Shown piece after piece: positions 1-8,907 of a stretch of 64,000 bases of DNA (its first letter is position 1; each line of letters begins with the position of its first letter). Source of the DNA: Phycisphaerae bacterium (GTDB lineage Bacteria; Planctomycetota; Phycisphaerae; JAAYCJ01). The position numbers and the translations under genes were made by a program. Below the pieces are notes generated by a model. That model was not told the DNA's origin and did no database searches. It was given only the letters and a program-made list of their open reading frames with translations. The DNA lies in contig JAAYCJ010000014.1 of the NCBI GenBank assembly GCA_012729815.1, positions 1,043-65,042 of the forward strand, given 5' to 3'.

Positions 1-651
1 CATCGTCTCGGCTGCCACGGACCCATCAAAACCCCTGATGCGTTTCCCGATGACGCTTCGAAATTGGCCTATTGGGTCAATGCGCATAACGCAGTGGCTT
101 TGCTGGCTGCGGTGCGAAAGTACCCGGCCAAGCGCCTCAAGCCGCCGTTCGGGGATTTTGCCCAGACGACCACCGCCTGGATCGACGGCCGCCATCTGAG
201 CCTTGCCCAGATTGCCCAGTTTGCCCGGTCGGCCAGACCCGACGATCCGCGGGTGGATCTGGCCCTGGCCTATCCGACCAAGGGCGGCGGTTCGCGGTTC
301 GGTTTTGTCCTCAAGCCGCGGGAGGACCTGGTGCAACAGTTGCACAGTTTATTCGTCCGTTCGCTGGACGATTCGGCCGCCATCAACATCGACCACGCCC
401 GCTGGACGCTGTGGCTGGGCCGGCCGATCTGGGACAATCGCGACCGGTATCTCGCGCAATACCGCGACCAATACGGCACAGCGGCGGGCAACATCGTCAA
501 CGCCCTGGCGGACCTGGCCAATCCCAGCCAGCGCCGCCGGCTCAACACCGCCATCGGCTACAAGATCAAACCCCAGTCCTACGACTGGTCGCTCAATGCG
601 TCTGAACCCTACAAGTGCTCTCTTTCTGAATCAACGGAGGTTGTTCGATGA
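1..651 (+). CDS. DUF547-like protein; 5' end runs off the window (listed ORF start 64 is internal)
   Basis: The frame stays open back to nt 1. The motif AYWVNAHNAVALLAAV resembles the DUF547 FWINxYNALV signature. It overlaps the next gene by 4 bp (ATGA). Confidence 0.5.
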   Translation, partial: HRLGCHGPIKTPDAFPDDASKLAYWVNAHNAVALLAAVRKYPAKRLKPPFGDFAQTTTAWIDGRHLSLAQIAQFARSARPDDPRVDLALAYPTKGGGSRFGFVLKPREDLVQQLHSLFVRSLDDSAAINIDHARWTLWLGRPIWDNRDRYLAQYRDQYGTAAGNIVNALADLANPSQRRRLNTAIGYKIKPQSYDWSLNASEPYKCSLSESTEVVR

Positions 652-2369
652 CATCGGCCCAGGACCTCGAGGCCTACAGACAATTCATCCGGGAACGTGC
701 CCAAAGCAAGGAATACGCCGACTTTATGAAGGACCTGACCTGTCGGCTGGTGGAAATAGAAAACACGCCCACCCAGCCGCTCGATCAGATCGCCCGCAAC
801 GAAAAGCAGGTCTTCGACCTGATTGAAGAGGCCCTGCGGGCCTTCGCCGACGGCCGCATCGCGATCGAGCGCCAGCCGATCAACCCGGGCATCGCCCACC
901 ATCCCTATTTCTCCCGGCTTTACTACACCGCCGACGAGCGGCACCCTGAGGGTCGCGACGTCGAAACCACCTACAAGGACCGGTGCAACATGCTGGTGCT
1001 GGTCGACGCCGGTCAGAGCAAAAGCCAGGGCCGGCCGGCCATCCTCAACGCCCACATCGACACCGTCGCCCCGTTCCTTCCCTGCCGCCTCGACGGCCAG
1101 CAGATCCACGGGCGAGGCACGGTCGACGACAAGGGCCTGGTCGTCATGCTCGTCGCCAGTCTCAAGCTGCTCAAGGAGGCCGAGGCGAAATTCGGCCCCG
1201 TCATCGGCCAGCCGCTGGTCTACCAGTTCGTGATCGAGGAGGAAACCGGCGGCAACGGCTCGCTCTCGGCCTCGCTCGACGAGCGGTTCCGGGGCTACGA
1301 GGCGATCATCTGCGAAGCCACCGAGCTGCGCCCGCATCCGGCCAACCGTGGGGCCATGTGGTTCAAACTCGATTTCACCAGCAAGGGCAGCGGCTTCGAC
1401 ACCGCTGAGATTCTGCCCTTCATCCTTGTCGAACTGGCCACCGAGGGCCAAAAGCTCCGCCAGGAGAGCAACGAGCCCCTGTTTCCCCGCGACTACGTCC
1501 AGGTCAACCTCGGCGCCCTCGATCACTTCGGCAAGCACCCAGCCACCATCAACGACTACGTCGCCTTCGAACTGGGCCTCGACTACAAGGGCCCGGAGGG
1601 CGAGCGGGTCGCCTCGCGCCTCATCAACATCATCGAGGCCGGCGTCAAGCAGTACTGCGTTCAGTATCCCGACCGCACCGCCGAAGTCGATCCGGAGACC
1701 GGCAAGCCCAAGCTCAACGCCCACTACAAGCTGACCACGATGGACCGCGGCAACCACGACCGCCGCTACAAGCTGGAGGTCTTCGGCCTCGGCGGCCACA
1801 TGAGCACGCTGACCCTCCGCGACAACGCGATGATCAAGGCGGGTTACCTGCTCAAAGGGTTGGTCTGCTCGTACAAGAACCTGCCGGGCCTGGCCTTGCG
1901 GGTCCGTGTCCTCGACGACGCCGACGGCGACCGCTGCACGATCACCGGCGGCGTGGGCTTTACGCCGGCCCACCGCATGGCCGCCCTCCAGGACCGCCTC
2001 AAGGGCGCCGTGGCCCAGGGATTCCAGCTTTTTAACCGCTGCGCCCAGGGCAGTGTGGCCGCCGACAGCTTCGCGATGACCTTCGACATGCTCCACAACG
2101 AGGCTTACGTCTCGCCGGTCGACTGCCCAGCCATGAAGGCGTTCAAGTGGGCCTTCGACGCCCGGGAAATGCCCTGGCCGACCCCGCTGGCCTTCCGGGC
2201 CAGTTGCGACGCCCGGATCTTCGGCAACAGCGGCCACAACACCGTCACCTTCGGCCCCGGACAGCTCTCGCAGGCCCACGGCGACCACGAGAAAATCTCC
2301 CTCCAGGAGTTGCAGGCCGGGCTGGAAGTGGTTACCTTGGCTACCCTTGCCCTGACCACCGGTCAGTAG
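648..2369 (+). CDS. M20 family metallopeptidase (ArgE/DapE/carboxypeptidase G2-like)
   Basis: Motifs ILNAHIDTVAPF and GRGTVDDKG match the M20 metal-binding signatures. The composition is natural, unlike the long antisense ORF 609..3716. Confidence 0.7.
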   Translation: MTSAQDLEAYRQFIRERAQSKEYADFMKDLTCRLVEIENTPTQPLDQIARNEKQVFDLIEEALRAFADGRIAIERQPINPGIAHHPYFSRLYYTADERHPEGRDVETTYKDRCNMLVLVDAGQSKSQGRPAILNAHIDTVAPFLPCRLDGQQIHGRGTVDDKGLVVMLVASLKLLKEAEAKFGPVIGQPLVYQFVIEEETGGNGSLSASLDERFRGYEAIICEATELRPHPANRGAMWFKLDFTSKGSGFDTAEILPFILVELATEGQKLRQESNEPLFPRDYVQVNLGALDHFGKHPATINDYVAFELGLDYKGPEGERVASRLINIIEAGVKQYCVQYPDRTAEVDPETGKPKLNAHYKLTTMDRGNHDRRYKLEVFGLGGHMSTLTLRDNAMIKAGYLLKGLVCSYKNLPGLALRVRVLDDADGDRCTITGGVGFTPAHRMAALQDRLKGAVAQGFQLFNRCAQGSVAADSFAMTFDMLHNEAYVSPVDCPAMKAFKWAFDAREMPWPTPLAFRASCDARIFGNSGHNTVTFGPGQLSQAHGDHEKISLQELQAGLEVVTLATLALTTGQ

Positions 2370-2432
2370 GGCGGTTCGAGGCCCGCCGCCCCGGCTGCAC
2401 CCTGGACCCACAGTGAAAGACAGGAATCCGTA

Positions 2433-3611
2433 ATGACTTCGCAATCGAAACTCCGGATCGGCGTCGTCGGCCTCGGCCGGTACGTCGAGATCGCCCACAT
2501 GCCCACCTACTTCGAGAGTCGCTACGCGTCCGCCATCGAGGTTGCCGCCCTCTGCGACGTCAGCGAGGAACGCCTCAAGGAGTGGCGGCAGCGCTACGGC
2601 GTGAAGTCCGGCTATACCGACTACCGTAAGATGCTCGCCGACCAAAAGCTGGATGCCGTGGTCGTGGTCACGCCGGACCACCTGCACACCGAGGTGACGT
2701 GCCAGGCCCTCGAAGCCGGCTGCGACGTGCTGGTCGAAAAGCCCCTGGCCACCGATATCGGCGAGTGCCACAAGATCATCCAGACCGCCCGTCGGCAGAA
2801 GCGCCGCGTCATCACCGACTTCCACAAGCGCCACGACCCAGCCCACCAGGAGGGGCGGGCCCGGATCACCACCGACAGGAAGTACGGCCAGGTCCAATTC
2901 GGCTACGTCTGGATGCTCGATACCATCAACGTCCCAGCCCCGGGCTTCTTCAAGTCCAACTTCGCCGAAAAAAGCTCCCCGGTCTGGTTCCTCGGCGTCC
3001 ACTTCTTCGATCTGATCCGCTTCATGACGGACCTGAACCCCATCGAAGTCCGCGCCACCGGCTATAAGCAGGTCCTCAAGGCGATGGGCATCAACACCTT
3101 CGACGCGGTCAAGAGCGACATGGTCTTCGATAACGGGGCCGCGATCAGCTTCTACCTGTCCTGGAACCTGCCCGAAGGCGCCCCCTCGTTCACCACCCAA
3201 GGCCTGTATCTCCAGTTCGAAAAGGGAGATATGAAAATCGACACCCGCGACCGGGGCATGACCGAGCTCAGCGGGGCCGGCTACAAGACGGTCAACCCGA
3301 TGTACACCCGCCGGACCGACCGCGGGTATGCCGGGTATGCCCACGAGAGCATCGGCGATGCCCTCATCGAGTTTCTCGAACTCAAGCAGAACGGCCGGCG
3401 AACCTACGACGACCTGGAAAAGGCTGACCCCTCCGGGATGGGCGGCTTCTATTCGACCCTCATGGCCCAGATGACCCACGAGAGCCTGGCCCGCGGCAGG
3501 AGCCTCTCCGGCGGCCAGGTCGCCCTGGGCGGTGCGATGGACGTCAACGAATACATCAAAGAAAAACTCGGCCCGGATGCCGATGATTATCTGGTACAAT
3601 ACCCGTCGTAG
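2433..3611 (+). CDS. Gfo/Idh/MocA family NAD(P)-dependent oxidoreductase
   Basis: N-terminal Rossmann motif IGVVGLGRY; the family signature VLVEKPLA is present; there is an AGGAA RBS upstream. Confidence 0.75.
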   Translation: MTSQSKLRIGVVGLGRYVEIAHMPTYFESRYASAIEVAALCDVSEERLKEWRQRYGVKSGYTDYRKMLADQKLDAVVVVTPDHLHTEVTCQALEAGCDVLVEKPLATDIGECHKIIQTARRQKRRVITDFHKRHDPAHQEGRARITTDRKYGQVQFGYVWMLDTINVPAPGFFKSNFAEKSSPVWFLGVHFFDLIRFMTDLNPIEVRATGYKQVLKAMGINTFDAVKSDMVFDNGAAISFYLSWNLPEGAPSFTTQGLYLQFEKGDMKIDTRDRGMTELSGAGYKTVNPMYTRRTDRGYAGYAHESIGDALIEFLELKQNGRRTYDDLEKADPSGMGGFYSTLMAQMTHESLARGRSLSGGQVALGGAMDVNEYIKEKLGPDADDYLVQYPS

Positions 3612-3617
3612 GCGTCT

Positions 3618-4739
3618 ATGCCCGAACCGGTAAGCCCACAACACGGCAACCACCGTTCGCCCAGAAAGGCGGCCGAACTGGCTGCGCACCTGGAGGCCCA
3701 CGGCCTGCGGGTCCATCTGGCGGGCGATCCGGACCTGGTGATCCGCGACGTGGCCACCATCGAGGAGGCCGGACCCGGCGACATCACCTTCCTGGCCAAT
3801 CGCAAGTACATCCGGCAGATCAACGAGACCAAGGCCTCAGCCATCATCCTTCCTGAAGCGGTCTCGGGACCGGAGTACTTAACGCAACTGAAGGTTGATG
3901 ACTCTTACTACGCATTCATGCTCATCATGGTCCTGTTCTACGGCCATCGGACGGCGCCGTTCGAGGGCGTCGATCCGACCGCTCGGATCGCCGAGACCGC
4001 CCGGATCGGGGCTAACCCGCGGATCGGCGGCCAGGTGACCATCGCCGCCCACGCGGCCATCGGTGATGGGGCCGTGATCTATCCCGGCTGCTTCATCGGT
4101 CCCGGGTGCCGGATCGGTGATAACGTGACGCTCTATCCCAACGTCACGCTCTACAACGACACCCACGTCGGCCATAACGTAATCATCCAAGCCGGGGCGG
4201 TGATCGGCCAGGACGGCTACGGCTTTGCCACCCACAAGGGCATCCACCACAAGATCCCCCAGGTCGGCAACGTGGTCATCGAGGACGACGTCGAGATTGG
4301 GGCCAATTGCGCGATTGAGCGGGCCACCATGGGCAGCACGGTCATCGGGAGGGGCTCGAAGCTCTGCGACCTGATCGCCATCGGCCACGGCACCCGCATC
4401 GGTCCGCACTGCCTGCTGGTCGCCCAGGTGGGCATCGCCGGGTCGGCCAAGCTCGGCCATCACGTGACCCTCGGCGGCCAGGTCGCGGTCAACGGCCACA
4501 TCACGATCGGCGACTGCGTCACCGTCGGGGCCAAGGCTGGGGTGGTCAACAACGTTGAGGACAACGAGACGCTGCTCGGCCAGCCCGCTGTGCCCATCCA
4601 GGACGCCAAACGCCGCATCCTCATGCTGGCCAAGTTGCCGGAGATGCGCGACCAGCTCAAACGGCTCCAGAAGCGCATCGAGCAGCTTGAGCATGGGACC
4701 GGCGGACGGATGGCCAGAAAAGACTCTGCTGAATCGTAA
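3618..4739 (+). CDS. lpxD: UDP-3-O-acylglucosamine N-acyltransferase LpxD
   Basis: The LpxD N-terminal domain is recognisable (EEAGPGDITFLANRKY, then ASAII). This is followed by a long run of left-handed beta-helix hexapeptide repeats (IGANPRIGGQVTI, IGDGAVIYPGCFIGPGCRIGDNV and so on). Confidence 0.85.
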   Translation: MPEPVSPQHGNHRSPRKAAELAAHLEAHGLRVHLAGDPDLVIRDVATIEEAGPGDITFLANRKYIRQINETKASAIILPEAVSGPEYLTQLKVDDSYYAFMLIMVLFYGHRTAPFEGVDPTARIAETARIGANPRIGGQVTIAAHAAIGDGAVIYPGCFIGPGCRIGDNVTLYPNVTLYNDTHVGHNVIIQAGAVIGQDGYGFATHKGIHHKIPQVGNVVIEDDVEIGANCAIERATMGSTVIGRGSKLCDLIAIGHGTRIGPHCLLVAQVGIAGSAKLGHHVTLGGQVAVNGHITIGDCVTVGAKAGVVNNVEDNETLLGQPAVPIQDAKRRILMLAKLPEMRDQLKRLQKRIEQLEHGTGGRMARKDSAES

Positions 4740-4794
4740 CTGCGCCTCATGCCGGCCGACTTTTTCTTGCCCGGATGCAACCGCTGGAGTACTA

Positions 4795-4823
4795 TTGAGG
4801 TACAAATTGTTTAATGGTATCAT
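4795..4823 (+). promoter_or_regulatory. Putative sigma70-like promoter for the TPR gene (TTGAGG, 17-nt spacer, TATCAT)
   Basis: The hexamers were found by eye in the AT-richer spacer after the lpxD stop; the predicted start site is about 50 nt upstream of the GTG start at 4881. Confidence 0.25.
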
Positions 4824-4880
4824 AAACTCCGGTAAGAAAATGCCTCAGCCGGGCGAACCGGTGAGGCGGGTCAGGCAGAG

Positions 4881-6341
4881 GTGAGCTACAACCCCCCACA
4901 CATTACGGACGAAGCCAAGAAAACGGCTGCCAAGTTCTTCCAGCATGCTCAGACCGCAGCCGATTCGCGGAGCTTCGACTACGCCATCGAGCTTTATGTC
5001 CAGGGCTTGGCCAAAGACCCTGAGGCGGTCGAGAAGGGGCACATGGCCCTGCGCGAGGTCGGCATCCGGCGGACCAACAGCGGCGGCAAGAAGCCCGGCC
5101 TGATGGAATCGCTGAAGATTTCCAAGTCCAAGAAAGACCCGATCGGGGCGATGCTCGCCGCTGAGATGATGCTGGCCAAGGACCCGCTGAACCTCAAGTA
5201 CGCGGAGGAAATGGTCAAGGCGGCCGACAAGTCCGAATTGCCCGAGACCCTCCGCTGGGCCCTGCAGGTCTACTTTGAGCTCTGCCCGCAGGAGAAGAAG
5301 ATCAGCGTCCAGCGGCTGCTGCTGATCAAGAACCTCTACGAGAAACTGGGCGATTACTATCAGAAACAGGACCGGCTCGATCAGACTCTCGAGGCCTACG
5401 AGAAGGGCATCGGGGCGATGAACTACGCCGTCCAGTCGGGCCAGGGCGGCAGCCTCGATCTCCAGAGCGAGCTGAAGAATCTGGCCACCAAACACGCCAT
5501 CCTCCGCGGCAGGTACGAGCGGGGCGACTTCCGCGATTCGATCAAGGACGCCGACGCCCAGAAGCTCCTGCAGGACAAGTCCCGCCAGGTCAAGGGCGAG
5601 GAACTGCTGACCCAGTTGATCGAGAAGGCCCGGGCCGAAGCGGATGCGAACCCGTCGGTGGGGGCCAAGGTGTTTGCCCTGATCGACCTGCTGACCCAGC
5701 GGGGCAAGCCCGAGGACGAGAAGGAGGCGATCAAGATCCTCGACGACGCCCACCAGCGGACCGGACAGTACAGCTTCAAGATGCGGGCCGACGACCTGCG
5801 AATCCGCCATCAGCGCCGGGCGGTCAAACGCATCGAGGCCAAGGTCAAAGCCGAGGCGACGCCCGATCCGACGCTCCAGCAGCAGCTCGCCGACGCCCGC
5901 CAGCAGCAGGCGGAGCGAGAACTGGCCATCTTCAAGGAGCGGATCGAGCAGTATCCGACGGACACGCGGCTGAAGTTCGAATACGGCCGGCGGCTCTACG
6001 AGTCCAAACGCTACGACGAAGCCATCCCGGTGTTCCAGGAGGCGGTCGGCGATCCCCGCCACGCCGTCCGCGCCCGCTACTACATCGGCACCTGCTTTTT
6101 CCAGAAGGGGTGGCACTCGCAGGCCATCGACATTCTCAACGAAGCCGTCGAGCGCTACGAGACCCTCGGCGACGCCCTCTCCAAGGAAATCTTCTACGTC
6201 CTGGGGCGTTCGCACGAGGAGCTGGAGCAGATCGATCAGGCCCTGAAGATCTACAGCCGCCTGATCCAGTGGGACTTCAACTACCGCGACGTCCGCCACC
6301 GGATCGACAAGCTCCAGGCCAAGAAGAAGATCAATTCCTGA
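4881..6341 (+). CDS. Tetratricopeptide-repeat / coiled-coil protein (GTG start)
   Basis: The K/E-rich, lower-GC composition and helical repeat pattern look natural. The antisense ORF 4845..6299 has typical GC-artefact composition (L/V/G/A/D-rich). Confidence 0.6.
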   Translation: MSYNPPHITDEAKKTAAKFFQHAQTAADSRSFDYAIELYVQGLAKDPEAVEKGHMALREVGIRRTNSGGKKPGLMESLKISKSKKDPIGAMLAAEMMLAKDPLNLKYAEEMVKAADKSELPETLRWALQVYFELCPQEKKISVQRLLLIKNLYEKLGDYYQKQDRLDQTLEAYEKGIGAMNYAVQSGQGGSLDLQSELKNLATKHAILRGRYERGDFRDSIKDADAQKLLQDKSRQVKGEELLTQLIEKARAEADANPSVGAKVFALIDLLTQRGKPEDEKEAIKILDDAHQRTGQYSFKMRADDLRIRHQRRAVKRIEAKVKAEATPDPTLQQQLADARQQQAERELAIFKERIEQYPTDTRLKFEYGRRLYESKRYDEAIPVFQEAVGDPRHAVRARYYIGTCFFQKGWHSQAIDILNEAVERYETLGDALSKEIFYVLGRSHEELEQIDQALKIYSRLIQWDFNYRDVRHRIDKLQAKKKINS

Positions 6342-6454
6342 CCCCTTTCATCCTCTCGAAACGTCCTCCCGGCGAGCCGCTGGTATTGTCGCGGGTGCTT
6401 CTGGTAAACGAATAGGGATCGCTCTACAATGCCACCGATGCAGGAGGCTTTCTG

Positions 6455-7903
6455 ATGCCACAGACAGCAGACGGCAGTAGTTGCATGAATTCGTTGTTCT
6501 TCTTCGACGACTGGCTGCTGTTCGCCCGCGAGGGGCTGGACCGCCGGCAGGGCCGGCCGGAGCGGATTGGCCAGTTCGCTCTGGACCCCCAGGCCGATCC
6601 GGACCTCGAGTCGATCCGGGGTCTGGGCATCGTCCACGACCCGATCGGCGGCGGCTATGAGATGGTGGTGGACTGTCAGTCAAGGTCCGGCATGCGGTTC
6701 TTCACCCGCCTGCGGTCGGACGATCCGTACCGCTGGCCCACGCAGGAATGGAAGAGCGGCTCGGGACCGCTCTGGACCCGGGCGGACAACGTCTACCTCG
6801 ACCAGCACGGTCGGCCTTTGGACTGCTTCAATACCCTGTGCCTCGCGGGCACTCCATTGGCCCAGAAGGGCTACGTCGCCACGTTCTTCGACTATGCCCG
6901 CACGCACCGCGGCGACGCCCACCATTCCCCGCAGCCCAGCGCCGCCATCGGATTCTCCAGAGACGGTCTGCACTTCGAGGTGGAGGCTGGCAACTGCTAT
7001 ATTCCGCATCACAGCGACACCAGCAACCCGCCCATCTACAACCCGTGGACGGGCGAGTTTCTGATCTACTGCCGGCCGGAGCAGTCGGATCGCCGGATTG
7101 GCGTGGTGACGACGAGGGACTTCCGGACGTTCAGCCCCTACGAGACCATCCTGCAGCCCGATCCGCTGGACCCGGTCGGTCGCGAGTTCTACGGTCTGAC
7201 CCCGTGGCTTCAGGACGACCTGTTCGTCGGCACGCTGAGCATCTACGACACCGAACCGACCGAGAAGGCTCACGTCCGGATGCAGGGGATCAACGAGATG
7301 CAGCTTGCCTACAGCTATAACGGCAAGAACTGGTACCGGGCGTCCCGCGAGATGTTCCTGGAGCGGGGCGAACCGGGCACGGACTCCGGCGGCAGCATCT
7401 ATGCGGGCATGCCCGTCCGGACGCCCGCCAATCGGCTGCTCTTTGGGACGATGGTCTCGTGGACCGAGCACGGCATGGACATCGAGCACTGCCCGGAGGA
7501 GTGGAGACGGACTCCCTACCGCAGCTACCTCTACGAGATGCGGCCCGACGGCTTTGTGTTCCTGCGGACCTCGGCCCGGTGCGGACGGCTCCGCACCAAG
7601 GCGATCGTGCCGCAGGGCGGCGAGTTGACCATCAACGCCCTGACCACCCCCAGCGGCCACGTCAAAGCGGTCATGCTCGACGCTCAGACGTTCGAGCCGA
7701 TCCCGAACTACACCCTCGACGAGGCGGTCCCGCTGGTCGGCGATGAACTGGCGGGCGTGCTCCGCTGGCGTGAACGGAAGAACCTGAATGAGCTCAAGGA
7801 CCGCCGTGTGATGCTCGAGTTGCACGTTCGCGAGGCGGACCTCTACGCCCTGCGTTTCCCGTATCGCGTCCACCTGGGCGAATACATCCGCGACCGCGTC
7901 TGA
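6455..7903 (+). CDS. Hypothetical protein, possibly a beta-propeller glycosidase (GH43/GH32/GH130-like)
   Basis: AGGAGG RBS sits 7 nt upstream. Composition is natural. The motif FSRDGLHFE and W/Y-rich blades suggest a 5-bladed propeller, but the family is not verified. Confidence 0.5.
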   Translation: MPQTADGSSCMNSLFFFDDWLLFAREGLDRRQGRPERIGQFALDPQADPDLESIRGLGIVHDPIGGGYEMVVDCQSRSGMRFFTRLRSDDPYRWPTQEWKSGSGPLWTRADNVYLDQHGRPLDCFNTLCLAGTPLAQKGYVATFFDYARTHRGDAHHSPQPSAAIGFSRDGLHFEVEAGNCYIPHHSDTSNPPIYNPWTGEFLIYCRPEQSDRRIGVVTTRDFRTFSPYETILQPDPLDPVGREFYGLTPWLQDDLFVGTLSIYDTEPTEKAHVRMQGINEMQLAYSYNGKNWYRASREMFLERGEPGTDSGGSIYAGMPVRTPANRLLFGTMVSWTEHGMDIEHCPEEWRRTPYRSYLYEMRPDGFVFLRTSARCGRLRTKAIVPQGGELTINALTTPSGHVKAVMLDAQTFEPIPNYTLDEAVPLVGDELAGVLRWRERKNLNELKDRRVMLELHVREADLYALRFPYRVHLGEYIRDRV

Positions 7904-7941
7904 GTCGCGTTCTGGCAACCCGTTCTTCAAGGAGGCATCCC

Positions 7942-8856
7942 ATGCCAAGTCGGCCCCTGCGATTGCTCATGGTCGGTTCGCATCCCGCCGATACGTTCGA
8001 TCAGGCGGGAGGGACGTTGGCCCATCACGCAGCCCAGGGCGATCAGGTCACCGCGGTAACCCTGACGACCGGCGCGCGTTCCCACCATTGGCAGCTCATC
8101 GATCAGAAGCGAAAGCTCCAGGAGGAACTCGACGTCGAGGGACTGCTCGAACAGGCGGTCAAGGAGAAGATGGACGAGGTCCGCAAGGCCGCTGCGATTC
8201 TGGGGCTTCACGACGTCCGGACGCTCGGGTTCGAGGACGACGAGATCCTGCTGACCCGCGAGATGGTCGAGGCGGTCGCCGACGTGATTCGCGAGGTCAG
8301 GCCCGACATCATGATCACGCATCATCCTTACGAACTGGGCGGACTGAAGCTGCACGCCACCACCGGCCAGGCTGCGATCTACGCGTTTCAGCAGGCGATG
8401 GGGGCCGGGCGCGGCCGCAAGCCCACCCACTACGTCTCTAAGATATTCTTCATGAACCCGATGGGTTACATGGGCCACAACACCCTGGCCTACGCCTCCA
8501 CCGCCCACATTACGACTATCATCGACATCACCGACGTGATCGACAAGAAGGTGCTTGCGATGGATATGATATCGAGCCAGTACTACGGCGGGGCGTACTC
8601 GCGGAAGTGTCACGAGATCAGCGACGGCCACACCGGCGGGCTAGCGTATGTCGCCTACGGCGAGGCGTTCCAGGCATTCTTTCCCGAGTGCGGATATACG
8701 CTGCCCTTCTCCGAGGCCGACATCCGTAAGGCGGAAGGACTCAGCGAAGAGGGGATGGCGCGGCGCAGCGAGATCGTCGCCGCCCGGATGCCGCTGCCCG
8801 AAGGCATGGGTTTCAGTTCGGAACACCGAATTGCACCGGAGCAGTACCGGACCTGA
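7942..8856 (+). CDS. PIG-L/LmbE family deacetylase
   Basis: The N-terminal segment LMVGSHPADTFDQAGGTLAHH resembles the PIG-L signature AHPDDE..GGTLA. A second His-rich metal motif HHPYE follows. Confidence 0.5.
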   Translation: MPSRPLRLLMVGSHPADTFDQAGGTLAHHAAQGDQVTAVTLTTGARSHHWQLIDQKRKLQEELDVEGLLEQAVKEKMDEVRKAAAILGLHDVRTLGFEDDEILLTREMVEAVADVIREVRPDIMITHHPYELGGLKLHATTGQAAIYAFQQAMGAGRGRKPTHYVSKIFFMNPMGYMGHNTLAYASTAHITTIIDITDVIDKKVLAMDMISSQYYGGAYSRKCHEISDGHTGGLAYVAYGEAFQAFFPECGYTLPFSEADIRKAEGLSEEGMARRSEIVAARMPLPEGMGFSSEHRIAPEQYRT

Positions 8857-8907
8857 CGTTCGTGGAAGGGAAAGAACACCCCGCCTGCCGGTGGGCCGAG
8901 ACAGGAC

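Noticed and set aside
609-3716. 1035-aa minus-strand ORF, and similar very long ORFs: 4845..6299 -, 6680..7948 -, 8923..11238 +, 13656..14585 -, 19082..20623 -, 22647..23954 -, 27795..30113 -, 34550..36265 -, 42226..44061 +, 44173..45639 +, 52591..55221 -, 59819..61771 -
   Set aside because: They lie antisense to genes with clear family signatures. Their composition is the typical GC-driven mix (A/G/R/P/V/L/D-rich) with no motifs. High GC suppresses stop codons on the opposite strand.
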